The notes: generated by a model not told the origin, from the letters alone. Shown: positions 39,658 to 48,392, counted from the stretch's first letter. The stretch is DNA of 64,000 nucleotides from an uncultured virus (IMG/VR IMGVR_UViG_3300037493_001250) (IMGVR_UViG_3300037493_001250), one strand, 5' to 3'. Numbers and translations are program-made.

Positions 39658-40083
39658 TTAATAGATTTTAGATATAACTTCATCGTAAACGAATTGGTTA
39701 TCGTTGTTTAATAATTCAAGCTCGTACTCTGTCATCTCACGCCCAAAATATGTGGCTCGTGAAATATACGCATCGCAGTAGTCTGGTGCATCTCTATGGT
39801 CTATGTCATCTACTTCGGTGTGTGATATTTGCGAGTAGTCAAGTTCTACTTTGTCTTCTTGTGGTACAAAGCATTCAGATAAACGAAGCGTAAGAAATGA
39901 ATCGGTTGATGATTCATTGATGACACCTAAAAAGTCTATAGCTTCAAGTAATGTTAAGTCAACCCAATGGTGTTTGTTACCAAGCACTTGAATCGACTTT
40001 TCACAAAGTGTAGGATAGGTTGGGGTGTTTGCAAGCATAAGATATGCCTTGTCATGTTTTAATCTTTCTAATAATGTTTTCAT
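39658..40083 (-). CDS. Hypothetical protein (apparently two domains)
   Basis: Start revised to MKTLLER after an AACAACAAC leader; acidic C-terminal domain IDHRDAPDYCDAYIS. Confidence 0.65.
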   Translation of the reverse strand: MKTLLERLKHDKAYLMLANTPTYPTLCEKSIQVLGNKHHWVDLTLLEAIDFLGVINESSTDSFLTLRLSECFVPQEDKVELDYSQISHTEVDDIDHRDAPDYCDAYISRATYFGREMTEYELELLNNDNQFVYDEVISKIY

Positions 40084-40094
40084 GTTGTTGTTGT

Positions 40095-40229
40095 TTAGTT
40101 TTCTGTGAATGAGTCCTCGCAACAAGGTGATGCGGGTTCTTTGTGTGGTTGATTACTGTACTCGCCACCCGTTTCAATAAATACTGGGACATCAAACTCG
40201 TGTCCGCAATTGTCACACGTAAATTCCAT
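40095..40229 (-). CDS. Small zinc-ribbon protein (44 aa)
   Basis: Read by hand: MEFTCDNCGHEFD...SPCCED. Confidence 0.55.
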   Translation of the reverse strand: MEFTCDNCGHEFDVPVFIETGGEYSNQPHKEPASPCCEDSFTEN

Positions 40230-40234
40230 AGGTA

Positions 40235-40435
40235 TTAGTTTTGGGTTATGTACTCTATGCTATACACCGTTTCAGATGTTTCATGTTGTACGGTTAAAAA
40301 TGTTTCTGTTTGCTCTGTTTTAAGCGTGAACCTTTTGAATAGGTCATTCATAGTTGTAAGGTAGTTAACGCATTCTGCGTAAACATCAGATGTGTACATA
40401 CTATAATTGTCGGGGTACTTTACTACTGCGTACAT
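40235..40435 (-). CDS. Hypothetical protein
   Basis: Tightly packed early cluster. Confidence 0.55.
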   Translation of the reverse strand: MYAVVKYPDNYSMYTSDVYAECVNYLTTMNDLFKRFTLKTEQTETFLTVQHETSETVYSIEYITQN

Positions 40436-40439
40436 AATT

Positions 40440-41234
40440 TTATGATAGGTCTTTAAGTGTAATATTATTATCTCTGCACCACTCTATAGCTGTGCGTTCT
40501 GCCTCTTCATGGCATAAGGCTGCCTCACCTAATCCCATATCATCGGATGATATAAGCGTTTCATAAATACGATGGATTAAGTCTTCGAATTGTAACTCTG
40601 TAATTTGTGTCATAATTATTGATTGTAAAATTTCTAAACAAAGTTGTTCGGGTATTTTTGATCTTTCATAACTACCCTTTTTACCTTGTGTACCAGTTTG
40701 ACTACCCCTTGGAGCAGGTTGGTGATGGCAATTTTTATTACCATTGTGACAGATTGGTCTTGGTATCCATTCTTGGCTATTAGTCCAAATATCTGTAGGC
40801 TTTGCTCTGTTGTCACCATATTGGCAATACCATACTGTGTGCCTTTTAAACTCTTGCATGAAAGGCATTTTACGAAGCATACCCCTTGGATTTTCAATAA
40901 AGTATACCATATTAGGATTAATCAACAGCCAATCATTAATAACACTTATAAAGTGTTGGTTTACGTTGTCGCATTTTTTAGCGTAATCACTTTTTGGCTC
41001 AGTGCCATTGCGGTGCGTGCTTATGGCTGCAACGGTGTATGTGGTACAATCAGGAGATGCCCAAACAAAGTCAGGCACGAATGGCACATCACTTGTTTTT
41101 AATTCGCCAATATCAATAGCTAAATCAATGCCTTCAAAGTTTTGCCAATCAACTGAAAACACATTGTATTTGAGTTGTTCTGCTAATTTACCAATGGATC
41201 TGCTACCTGCAAATAGTTCTAATACGTTTTTCAT
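40440..41234 (-). CDS. DNA cytosine-5 methyltransferase with an in-frame C-terminal appendage
   Basis: VLELFAGS (motif I), WASPDCT (catalytic), FIENP, KPTDIW; internal AATAATT-ATG at 40613. Confidence 0.8.
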   Translation of the reverse strand: MKNVLELFAGSRSIGKLAEQLKYNVFSVDWQNFEGIDLAIDIGELKTSDVPFVPDFVWASPDCTTYTVAAISTHRNGTEPKSDYAKKCDNVNQHFISVINDWLLINPNMVYFIENPRGMLRKMPFMQEFKRHTVWYCQYGDNRAKPTDIWTNSQEWIPRPICHNGNKNCHHQPAPRGSQTGTQGKKGSYERSKIPEQLCLEILQSIIMTQITELQFEDLIHRIYETLISSDDMGLGEAALCHEEAERTAIEWCRDNNITLKDLS

Positions 41235-41243
41235 TTGTATTAA

Positions 41244-41447
41244 TTATTTAATGCGTGTGTATCTTTCTGATGAGGTATCCCATTCGTCACCTACATCGCA
41301 GTTCTCTGCCCAGGATAGTAACGTGTCACCATCATCGTTTATCTCTACATCATCAGAGTCATCTTGCGGTAAGCCCGCAAATTCAAATACGGCTTTGTAG
41401 CCACGACCTGATTTGTCAATCCAAAAATATTGTCTTTCGTCTTGCAT
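41244..41447 (-). CDS. Hypothetical acidic protein
   Basis: Early cluster ORF. Confidence 0.55.
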   Translation of the reverse strand: MQDERQYFWIDKSGRGYKAVFEFAGLPQDDSDDVEINDDGDTLLSWAENCDVGDEWDTSSERYTRIK

Positions 41448-41451
41448 AGTT

Positions 41452-41652
41452 TTATAATTTATTAATGTTACATTCTTCTATTTTAGTAAGGTAGTAGTCA
41501 TACCATTGGTTGAATCTTTCTTGTATTTCATCGGTGTAATTCTCACCATCATACATTTCATCTTCATTGTTGCATATGTCACCTGAGTCATAAAGTGTTC
41601 TATCATGTGCAAGTTCAGATGCTAATTCGATTGCGTTGATTGTAATATTCAT
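41452..41652 (-). CDS. Hypothetical acidic protein
   Basis: INAIELASELAH...FNQWYDYY. Confidence 0.6.
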   Translation of the reverse strand: MNITINAIELASELAHDRTLYDSGDICNNEDEMYDGENYTDEIQERFNQWYDYYLTKIEECNINKL

Positions 41653-41656
41653 AATG

Positions 41657-41878
41657 TTATTTATTAGTTGTTGTGTGCTTTAATCTATTTACTCCCGCTA
41701 ACCTTGCATTTACCTTTTCTATTACTTCTTCGTAGCTTTCTTGTACTTCAAAGTATCCATTGTTATTCCACCCGACTACGCAAGTTTGGTCTTTATCGTC
41801 AACAAATACTCTTTTTAATTCGTTGATGTTGCCAATAAATCTTTTACCTTTTAGGTCTGTTAATTCAATAAAGTTCAT
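41657..41878 (-). CDS. Hypothetical protein (FlbD-like small beta fold)
   Basis: MNFIELT...INE...EVQESYEEVIEKV pattern; start revised. Confidence 0.5.
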   Translation of the reverse strand: MNFIELTDLKGKRFIGNINELKRVFVDDKDQTCVVGWNNNGYFEVQESYEEVIEKVNARLAGVNRLKHTTTNK

Positions 41879-41900
41879 AATGTTGTTTGTTAAGGGTTGT

Positions 41901-42428
41901 TTATTTTTTATATCTTTTAAAGGTATTAATAATTTGTTCTGATATAACATCAAAAAGATTGCTATCAGTTACATCTATATGATGATATTTTAATTCGTAA
42001 GCAAACCCAGGCTTGCTTAAGCCTTGAATTCTTTTAATATTTGCGTGTATAGATTTAACATAAAAATCAATTGATACTTCACCATCTGAAACCGTGTTAT
42101 CTTTAAATTGAGGAAAGATAATTTTGAAATCACGAGTGCTTGTGTATGCTCCATTTGTTAAACTACCATTACTATACTTGAAGTTTAAGCCAAGGCTATC
42201 CGTTAATTCTTTAACTTGACTGCATAAGTCAGCAAATAAAGCATTGTTGGCAATCTCGTAGGCTTCGGTCATCGTCTTGAACTCGGAAACCTCATCGTCA
42301 AATGCTTTTAACTCACCCATAATTTTGCGAGCTAATGCATTTGGGGATGTGTCTGTAAACTTAGAATTAAATGATTCAAAGTTTGATGTAATTGAATTAA
42401 TTACTGATTGTTGAGTGCTTGTAATCAT
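41901..42428 (-). CDS. Hypothetical protein
   Basis: Start revised to MITSTQQ after an AATAACAAC leader. Confidence 0.6.
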   Translation of the reverse strand: MITSTQQSVINSITSNFESFNSKFTDTSPNALARKIMGELKAFDDEVSEFKTMTEAYEIANNALFADLCSQVKELTDSLGLNFKYSNGSLTNGAYTSTRDFKIIFPQFKDNTVSDGEVSIDFYVKSIHANIKRIQGLSKPGFAYELKYHHIDVTDSNLFDVISEQIINTFKRYKK

Positions 42429-42459
42429 GTTGTTATTTATTAATTGTTGTTTAAATTGA

Positions 42460-42633
42460 TTAATATATGAAGTCGGGGAAATCACATGGCTCGCTTGTAA
42501 AAGAGCAATGTGGGCAAGTTATTTCTTCTTGTTTAAGCTTGTGTAGTAATACATCACCGCATACCCCACAATTTACTATGTTTACTCCGCTATCTAGCAC
42601 GAGTTTCATTAGTTCTTTTTGATTTGTGTCCAT
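42460..42633 (-). CDS. Small zinc-finger protein
   Basis: CGVCG...CPHC; start revised to MDTNQKE. Confidence 0.6.
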   Translation of the reverse strand: MDTNQKELMKLVLDSGVNIVNCGVCGDVLLHKLKQEEITCPHCSFTSEPCDFPDFIY

Positions 42634-42634
42634 G

Positions 42635-42925
42635 TTATAATTGGTTGTAAGTTGTTGTTTTACCATCAAATGTAATCTCGGTTACTTGTGCAAGGTTAAT
42701 CATACGATAACCTTCTGCATCGGTTGACCATACTACTTTAAGTCCTTTCTCTTTAGGCTCAAAAGCCAAACCTTTACCATTTACACCTTTGCTTACGCCA
42801 GTTCTGCACGTCATTTTGCGTAGTGTGCCATCCTTTTTGATAAATTTAATCGTAAAAAATTTACCATTTGTGCGGTCAATATCTTGTGATAGTGAACGAA
42901 TGAATAATTCTTGAGTTGCTTCCAT
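42635..42925 (-). CDS. SH3-like beta-barrel phage protein
   Basis: GKFFTIKFIKKDGTLRKM...GYRMINL motif. Confidence 0.6.
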   Translation of the reverse strand: MEATQELFIRSLSQDIDRTNGKFFTIKFIKKDGTLRKMTCRTGVSKGVNGKGLAFEPKEKGLKVVWSTDAEGYRMINLAQVTEITFDGKTTTYNQL

Positions 42926-42929
42926 TGTT

Positions 42930-43190
42930 TTAAATATTACAATTATTAATTATTGATTTTAAGTTATTTGTTGGTGACCCTTCTATTAAAATCTTTAAAT
43001 GTTCTAAATTACTTTCACCTCCATCAAATACTCCATTGTAAGTTAGCCAATAAGATAACAAGTCGAAATCATTCCATTGTATTAATTCATGGTAATGCTT
43101 ATCGTATGATTTATCAGATAATTGCATTGAATCTATTTCAGCCATTTCAGATGCTAAAAATTGTTTAAATTTTATTGAGTTTGTTTTCAT
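42930..43190 (-). CDS. Hypothetical protein
   Basis: Early cluster ORF with an AACAAC leader. Confidence 0.55.
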   Translation of the reverse strand: MKTNSIKFKQFLASEMAEIDSMQLSDKSYDKHYHELIQWNDFDLLSYWLTYNGVFDGGESNLEHLKILIEGSPTNNLKSIINNCNI

Positions 43191-43194
43191 GTTG

Positions 43195-43401
43195 TTAATA
43201 TTCGATTTGATTTATTAATATTTCTTGCCAATGAATTGGTAGGTCGGTGCAAGGTAATACTTCCTCATTACCTCTGCAATCTTCTTCAGCCTCTTCTTTA
43301 ATTCCAAAGATTATAATTCTACCATAAGAATCTTGTAACACGTTGTCATTGGCTCTATCGTATATAACGTAGTCCGTGTTAAATAATTTTTTAGTTTTCA
43401 T
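43195..43401 (-). CDS. Hypothetical protein
   Basis: Early cluster ORF with an AACAAC leader. Confidence 0.55.
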   Translation of the reverse strand: MKTKKLFNTDYVIYDRANDNVLQDSYGRIIIFGIKEEAEEDCRGNEEVLPCTDLPIHWQEILINQIEY

Positions 43402-43405
43402 GTTG

Positions 43406-44119
43406 TTAATTATTAATTTGTATTACGAAATTTGTATCATCTTTCTTGCCTCTACCTTTAGCAGTCAAGCCTACAATAACGTTGGTAGGGTCAAGGTAGC
43501 GTAGGTCATTGATGTCACCATTGATAACTGGATAACCTAAGTATGTATCAGGCAATTGATTGAATACTACGGCAACATTACCGCCTAACTCTAAGAACTT
43601 GCGACACTCAGCGTCATTGGTCTCGGATCGTGAGAATGTAAGACTATACTTGCTGTCAAGGTAAACAATGGCACGCTTGTAATTCTTAGTGTAATCGTAG
43701 AACGTAAGGTGCGTGAACTCTGTGAGTATATCTTTGTCAATCTTAAGTTTGAATAGCATGATAAAGTCAAGGTCAGATGTACCATTGAGGCGAATAGCTA
43801 TGCTACGATTGTCAAGCATACCTTCTGCATTGATAAGGTATAACTCACGATACAATTGTGTAAGAAAGCCTACGGTATCTGAGAAAAACCAGTCTGTCTT
43901 ACGTTGACGAGCAGCCTGCACATTACTAAACTTGCCCATACCTGCGGTATTGAGACAAGCAGCTGCACATCCTGCGGATGCATGACCGCATACATTCTTA
44001 CCGAATGAATTAAGTTTGTGTGGTGATAGATGCAAGATATACGACTCTGCGATATCTTGGCTTTTAGCAGTCTTAACATTGTTACTGCCATGTGTGAGTA
44101 GTTGCTTTTTAAACTTCAT
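43406..44119 (-). CDS. GP88-like protein (radical-SAM-related, Cys cluster)
   Basis: VCGHASAGCAAACL, IRLNGTSD, FYDYTK, LTFSRSE and INGDINDLRYLD motifs. Confidence 0.75.
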   Translation of the reverse strand: MKFKKQLLTHGSNNVKTAKSQDIAESYILHLSPHKLNSFGKNVCGHASAGCAAACLNTAGMGKFSNVQAARQRKTDWFFSDTVGFLTQLYRELYLINAEGMLDNRSIAIRLNGTSDLDFIMLFKLKIDKDILTEFTHLTFYDYTKNYKRAIVYLDSKYSLTFSRSETNDAECRKFLELGGNVAVVFNQLPDTYLGYPVINGDINDLRYLDPTNVIVGLTAKGRGKKDDTNFVIQINN

Positions 44120-44129
44120 GATATTATTA

Positions 44130-44975
44130 TTAATATGGTACTTGATTGTATTGGTAGTATTCTTTCTCTGCTAACCATTGCTCGTTAATCTCATCTTCGA
44201 TAGCCTCTGTTATCTTTATGAAATCAATCGATCCTATCGTATAGCTTGTGTTGTCTATTAAGTCTAAGAAATCACTGCTATTCTTGTTAATGCCTGTCAT
44301 GTCTTGTATGTAATCTATGTTATCTTTGCTTACATTAGAAAAGTATGCTAAGTATTGCTTGAGTTCTGTATTGGATATCTTATTCTCAAAAGGCTCATAC
44401 TCATACGCAGTCTTGCTTACTTTCTCGTTACCATAGTAATAGAAATCTAAGTCATACTTGTAACTATCGTTACTATACCAATCACCATTATCCCATAGAC
44501 CTAAACTCTCGTTAACAATAACGTGGTCATCATTGCTATCTAAGAATAACAACTTGCTACTACCAATAGTCTTTGTAATAAACTCAAGAGTCGTAGCACA
44601 TTGCAAGAACTCATGCTTGAACTTTTTAAGCATCTCGTTGAATTGGTATGTGTCGCTATGTTGTTGGTTACCTAAGCCGCTAATTATACCATTGTGTACG
44701 AAGCCCAGGCTATCGCTTGTAAAGAACGGATGCAAGTTAGTATACTTTTCGTGTCCGCTTGTGGCTATTCTAAAGTGTAGAACTATTTTGCCGTCAATCA
44801 TTGCACGTACTTTGTAGTACTCGTCAATGAATAGTTGCTTATCATATGTTTTAAAGGCAGTCAGTACACCATTAAGATTGTACAATAAGCCTGCACCTTG
44901 GTTGTTGTTCTCCCATGAATTGTTTAGTACTTCTAAAGATAATGGGTTTGTTGTGTTTAGTATTGCAATACACAT
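44130..44975 (-). CDS. Class II glutamine amidotransferase domain protein
   Basis: N-terminal MCIAI (catalytic Cys), LHFRIATSG, LHPF, VHNGII, SDT. Confidence 0.85.
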   Translation of the reverse strand: MCIAILNTTNPLSLEVLNNSWENNNQGAGLLYNLNGVLTAFKTYDKQLFIDEYYKVRAMIDGKIVLHFRIATSGHEKYTNLHPFFTSDSLGFVHNGIISGLGNQQHSDTYQFNEMLKKFKHEFLQCATTLEFITKTIGSSKLLFLDSNDDHVIVNESLGLWDNGDWYSNDSYKYDLDFYYYGNEKVSKTAYEYEPFENKISNTELKQYLAYFSNVSKDNIDYIQDMTGINKNSSDFLDLIDNTSYTIGSIDFIKITEAIEDEINEQWLAEKEYYQYNQVPY

Positions 44976-44986
44976 AATTGTTTTTA

Positions 44987-46267
44987 TTAATTGTTATTTT
45001 CGTTTACGTTTATATTCTCGAACTTAAGGCTGAATTTAATTAATCTATCCATAAGTACGTTATACTTATCTTTAGGATACATTTCCATAAGTAACTCACG
45101 CAATGGGCTTGTATTGGCATTAAAGAAAGCCTCTTTTACACATGATGTCTTGTGAGTAACAATAAATTCTATCAACCTTGCACGCCAGTGTAGTGTAGTA
45201 ACATTGGGTACGGCTGATACAATTCTGTACTCTATACGATTGCTATGTATCTTGATAGCCTGATACTTCTCGTTAGATTCTTTGAGGTCATTATTATTCT
45301 TACCCTTGCAGTATGTTTTATCAACACGCTTGTAGTATAGTGCATAGAATAGTGGTGTATAACCTTTGAGTTCGTCAAACAATTCATCGCCTGTCTTACC
45401 TGCCTCGCTTAGGTTGATATGTCCGCCACATGACTTGCTAATACTCGCATTGATATGAGCAACAATAGTTTTGTTAGACATAATATGCTCGTGTATCTTG
45501 TCGGGTATCAGCTCGAACTTAGGACTTATGAGTTCGTAACCGCTTTGATCATCAAGGCTACCGTCACGCTCTTTTTTCCAAGATGGGCAAACATCCTCGA
45601 ACTCGTCAATGAATATACTTTCTTTTACGTTTGAATCTTCTTTCTCTATCTCAAAGCCAACATAGAATTTAGGGTCATCCGTAAAATTAACCTCGTGTAA
45701 TCGTCCGCTATGGTAATCTCGTGTGTATTCAATAACTTCTTCTTCTTCTTCGTAATGGTATTCTCCGTCATTCTCCCAATAGTAAGCATTATCAATATGT
45801 TCAATACAACCATCACACATTATAACAAGGTCAAAGTCTTCAAGGTTTACGTACCAATCACCATCATATTTGTAAGCGTTATACCTTGCTGCATCAACAG
45901 ACCATCTCTCGGATACTCTGCGAGTAACCCATACTTCAACCGTTTCTTGCTCTATCCAAACATCATTACGCTCACAATAATAAGCATCATTAGTGTGCAA
46001 AACAATATCTGTATCGTCTGAAATCACATAGGTTTCTACATCATAATAGAAACCATCACGCTCAAGCACATCAACATCATTGATGATATCACATAAATCA
46101 ACATTGTGATCTTGCGTTGATATACGTATTTTGTCAACACTTGTGTTGTCATGTTCTTTTAAGAACTCTAAAAATACTTTTGGCTCGACATCATTACTGC
46201 GAGCAAGAGAGATAATCTCACGTAGTACGGGAATGCTATAGGTTAGCATTGTTGTTGTTGATTCCAT
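44987..46267 (-). CDS. Putative amidoligase (COOH-NH2 ligase superfamily) with an acidic N-terminal region
   Basis: GFEIEKE, ERDGSL, YELISP, SCGGHIN, KYQAI and RIEYR motifs; next to the GATase-II. Confidence 0.75.
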   Translation of the reverse strand: MESTTTMLTYSIPVLREIISLARSNDVEPKVFLEFLKEHDNTSVDKIRISTQDHNVDLCDIINDVDVLERDGFYYDVETYVISDDTDIVLHTNDAYYCERNDVWIEQETVEVWVTRRVSERWSVDAARYNAYKYDGDWYVNLEDFDLVIMCDGCIEHIDNAYYWENDGEYHYEEEEEVIEYTRDYHSGRLHEVNFTDDPKFYVGFEIEKEDSNVKESIFIDEFEDVCPSWKKERDGSLDDQSGYELISPKFELIPDKIHEHIMSNKTIVAHINASISKSCGGHINLSEAGKTGDELFDELKGYTPLFYALYYKRVDKTYCKGKNNNDLKESNEKYQAIKIHSNRIEYRIVSAVPNVTTLHWRARLIEFIVTHKTSCVKEAFFNANTSPLRELLMEMYPKDKYNVLMDRLIKFSLKFENINVNENNN

Positions 46268-46271
46268 AATT

Positions 46272-46412
46272 TTAGTTGTTTAATTTTTTAGTTAATACTT
46301 TAGTTTTGTTGTATTGACTAGCAATACCTTTAGCCTGTTGTTGGCTAGTTGTTGTGTAAATTAATGCCCAAAGATTGAATCGCCCTTGTGCATAGACATA
46401 GTACGTTTTCAT
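46272..46412 (-). CDS. Hypothetical protein (46 aa)
   Basis: Read by hand: MKTYYVYAQGRFNLW... Confidence 0.5.
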   Translation of the reverse strand: MKTYYVYAQGRFNLWALIYTTTSQQQAKGIASQYNKTKVLTKKLNN

Positions 46413-46431
46413 TTTTTTAAGTTGTTAATAA

Positions 46432-46515
46432 TTATTTTACGATATGTTCAGCGAAATAAGCCAGCGCATACACAATGATGGCAGCACATAGCAGTTCTTT
46501 TTTAGTTAGTTTCAT
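46432..46515 (-). CDS. Small membrane peptide (27 aa)
   Basis: Read by hand: MKLTKKELLCAAIIVYALAYFAEHIVK; A/C-rich leader. Confidence 0.45.
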   Translation of the reverse strand: MKLTKKELLCAAIIVYALAYFAEHIVK

Positions 46516-46524
46516 AATTGTATT

Positions 46525-47205
46525 GGTTGTTTAGTGGATGTGGATATTGTCGGTTAATCCATTGCACGCATTTAACGACATTGCGCACCCATTACCCTTC
46601 GTATTTCAACTTGCACACTAGATTGGGTCACTTAAGCAAGTTATAACATATATACACACGCTCACATTTAAGCGTGTATAGTTGAATAGATAAAAGTTGT
46701 ATTGATTTTTAAACGCATAATTGCGTTAGCATTATTAGTCCATCCCGTTAATCGTACCGATACTCTCGCATTGCGCCTATTAACCCTGCTTTATGGACAC
46801 ACTACATAACTAATAGCAGTGGGGAAACCGTAAGTTTGCCAAATTGCGAAAATAACAAGACACATATTGCTTGTATTAATACGGCTTATTGTGTTTCACG
46901 TATATGAATACTACACACACAATATTTTTAGTAATATACATAAATTGCATATTACATAGCATTGCTATAAAAATAGATATAATTGCATAGCATAGCTACA
47001 TACAAAAATACTAATTTATAAACTTGTCAAAGTACGAAACAAAATAATAAGCACGGCTTAATTATATTTTGCCCTAAAATACATACAGTTTGCACGGCAT
47101 TGACTGTATATAAGTTTGAAAACTGCAAATATTCGATATTTGCGCACCTCTATTTGCAAGGCACTAAGCAGTTTTATATGTGTCTAATAAATTGGACACA
47201 TTCCT
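46525..47205 (-). ncRNA. Candidate large structured non-coding RNA (~680 nt), family not recognised
   Basis: No ORF of 60 aa or more; more than ten nested helices seen by eye; strand assigned from the flanking genes. Confidence 0.55.
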
Positions 47206-47210
47206 GGTTT

Positions 47211-47588
47211 TTACTTGCTTATGCTATAAAGATATTGCAAAAGGTAAAAAGGTGAGTAATTACCTTTTTTAGACTTACGGCAGTTATTAACGGCAAGTTT
47301 GTATGCTTCGCTATCTTTGTTGATAGCTTGCAAGTTTTTAACCATAAGAGGCGAAAGTTTAAGTATGTTGGTATTGTTTATTAATACCTTAATACAATAA
47401 CCCAAAGTTTTACTCTCTTGCTTTAAAATTGCGTTACTATCTAATACTTGTAACTTGTAGTTACTTTCTTTCTTAGTAACTTCAATTTTACTGCTTACTT
47501 GCTTTAAGTTGTTAGCAGTTGCTTTGGTTGGTTTGTTGTTTGCAATGTTAGCACCTTGTGCCTTAGTTGCTTTCTTGTTGTTTTTCAT
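47211..47588 (-). CDS. Basic protein, first gene of the early-type operon
   Basis: K/N-rich, 125 aa, directly downstream of the promoter at 47629-47658. Confidence 0.7.
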   Translation of the reverse strand: MKNNKKATKAQGANIANNKPTKATANNLKQVSSKIEVTKKESNYKLQVLDSNAILKQESKTLGYCIKVLINNTNILKLSPLMVKNLQAINKDSEAYKLAVNNCRKSKKGNYSPFYLLQYLYSISK

Positions 47589-47628
47589 GTTATGTATATA
47601 TGTATGTGTTGTGTCTTATTGACGGGGA

Positions 47629-47658
47629 CAAAATTAGTATATAATGTATTGCAGTCAA
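47629..47658 (-). promoter_or_regulatory. Early promoter (-33 TTG, -7 TAATTTTG)
   Basis: Minus strand TTGACTGCAATACATTATATACTAATTTTG. Confidence 0.65.
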
Positions 47659-47762
47659 GAAATATTTTTATGATTAAAATCATGTTTTTTTATGATGTAG
47701 ATCAGCTTTTTAAATACTATTAAGAAACAAACTAAATAAGCGGAAATTGCAAAGTGCATGTA

Positions 47763-47843
47763 ATTTAGAATCATTCTGGATAAGGTATGTACTATCAAAG
47801 CTTTAAACTTTACTTATTCTTATTTAGACTAAATACAGATAAG
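47763..47843. promoter_or_regulatory. Two Fur-box-like palindromes
   Basis: ATTTAGAATCATTCTGGAT (47763-47781) and CTTATTTAGACTAAATACAGATAAG (47819-47843). Confidence 0.5.
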
Positions 47844-47862
47844 AGTATGTTATTCCCTCCTC

Positions 47863-47878
47863 TGTTCCACGTGAAACA
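47863..47878. other. parS: parS-like centromere site
   Basis: TGTTCCACGTGAAACA matches the chromosomal parS consensus TGTTNCACGTGAAACA; half-sites at 48164, 48234 and 46892. Confidence 0.75.
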
Positions 47879-48392
47879 ATACCAAAAATATAGCAAGTTT
47901 TATTTTTAAACTTTTGATATATAGCAAGATACAAAACTAACTAACGTTTGTTAGGTTAAGGTAGTGGGTGGGAGTAGAAGGCGGGGTGTCTATTTTATTG
48001 GACAGTTTTAGTGCTGATCGGTAGGGGTTACCACTAACTTAGACACTAAATAAGATAAATTTTGGTTTAGGTATTACCCCAGGGAGGGGGTTAAAAGGGG
48101 GTATATTCTGTGTAATACGCATATAATACCGTAAATATGGGTATATATGGTAAATATATGAAATGTTCCACGGTTGATAATGAGGTAGTTAGTAAAAATA
48201 GCCCCGACAAAACACTTTTGGGGTGTGGTAATATGTTCCACGGTAATATATATTAGATACAGGCACTACTGCGGGCGGAATGCCGACTGAGGTTGTAAAG
48301 CTATAGGTTTACTAATAGAAAACTTTTGTAAAGCTATGTCTTTACGTTTGTACCTTATAGGGTGTAGCAGGCACTTTGTGGGGTGTGGGCAT

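Noticed and set aside
46525..47205. Group I or II intron as the explanation for the structured region
   Set aside because: No interrupted gene (both flanking ORFs are complete), and I found no convincing P7 or domain V motif on the coding strand.
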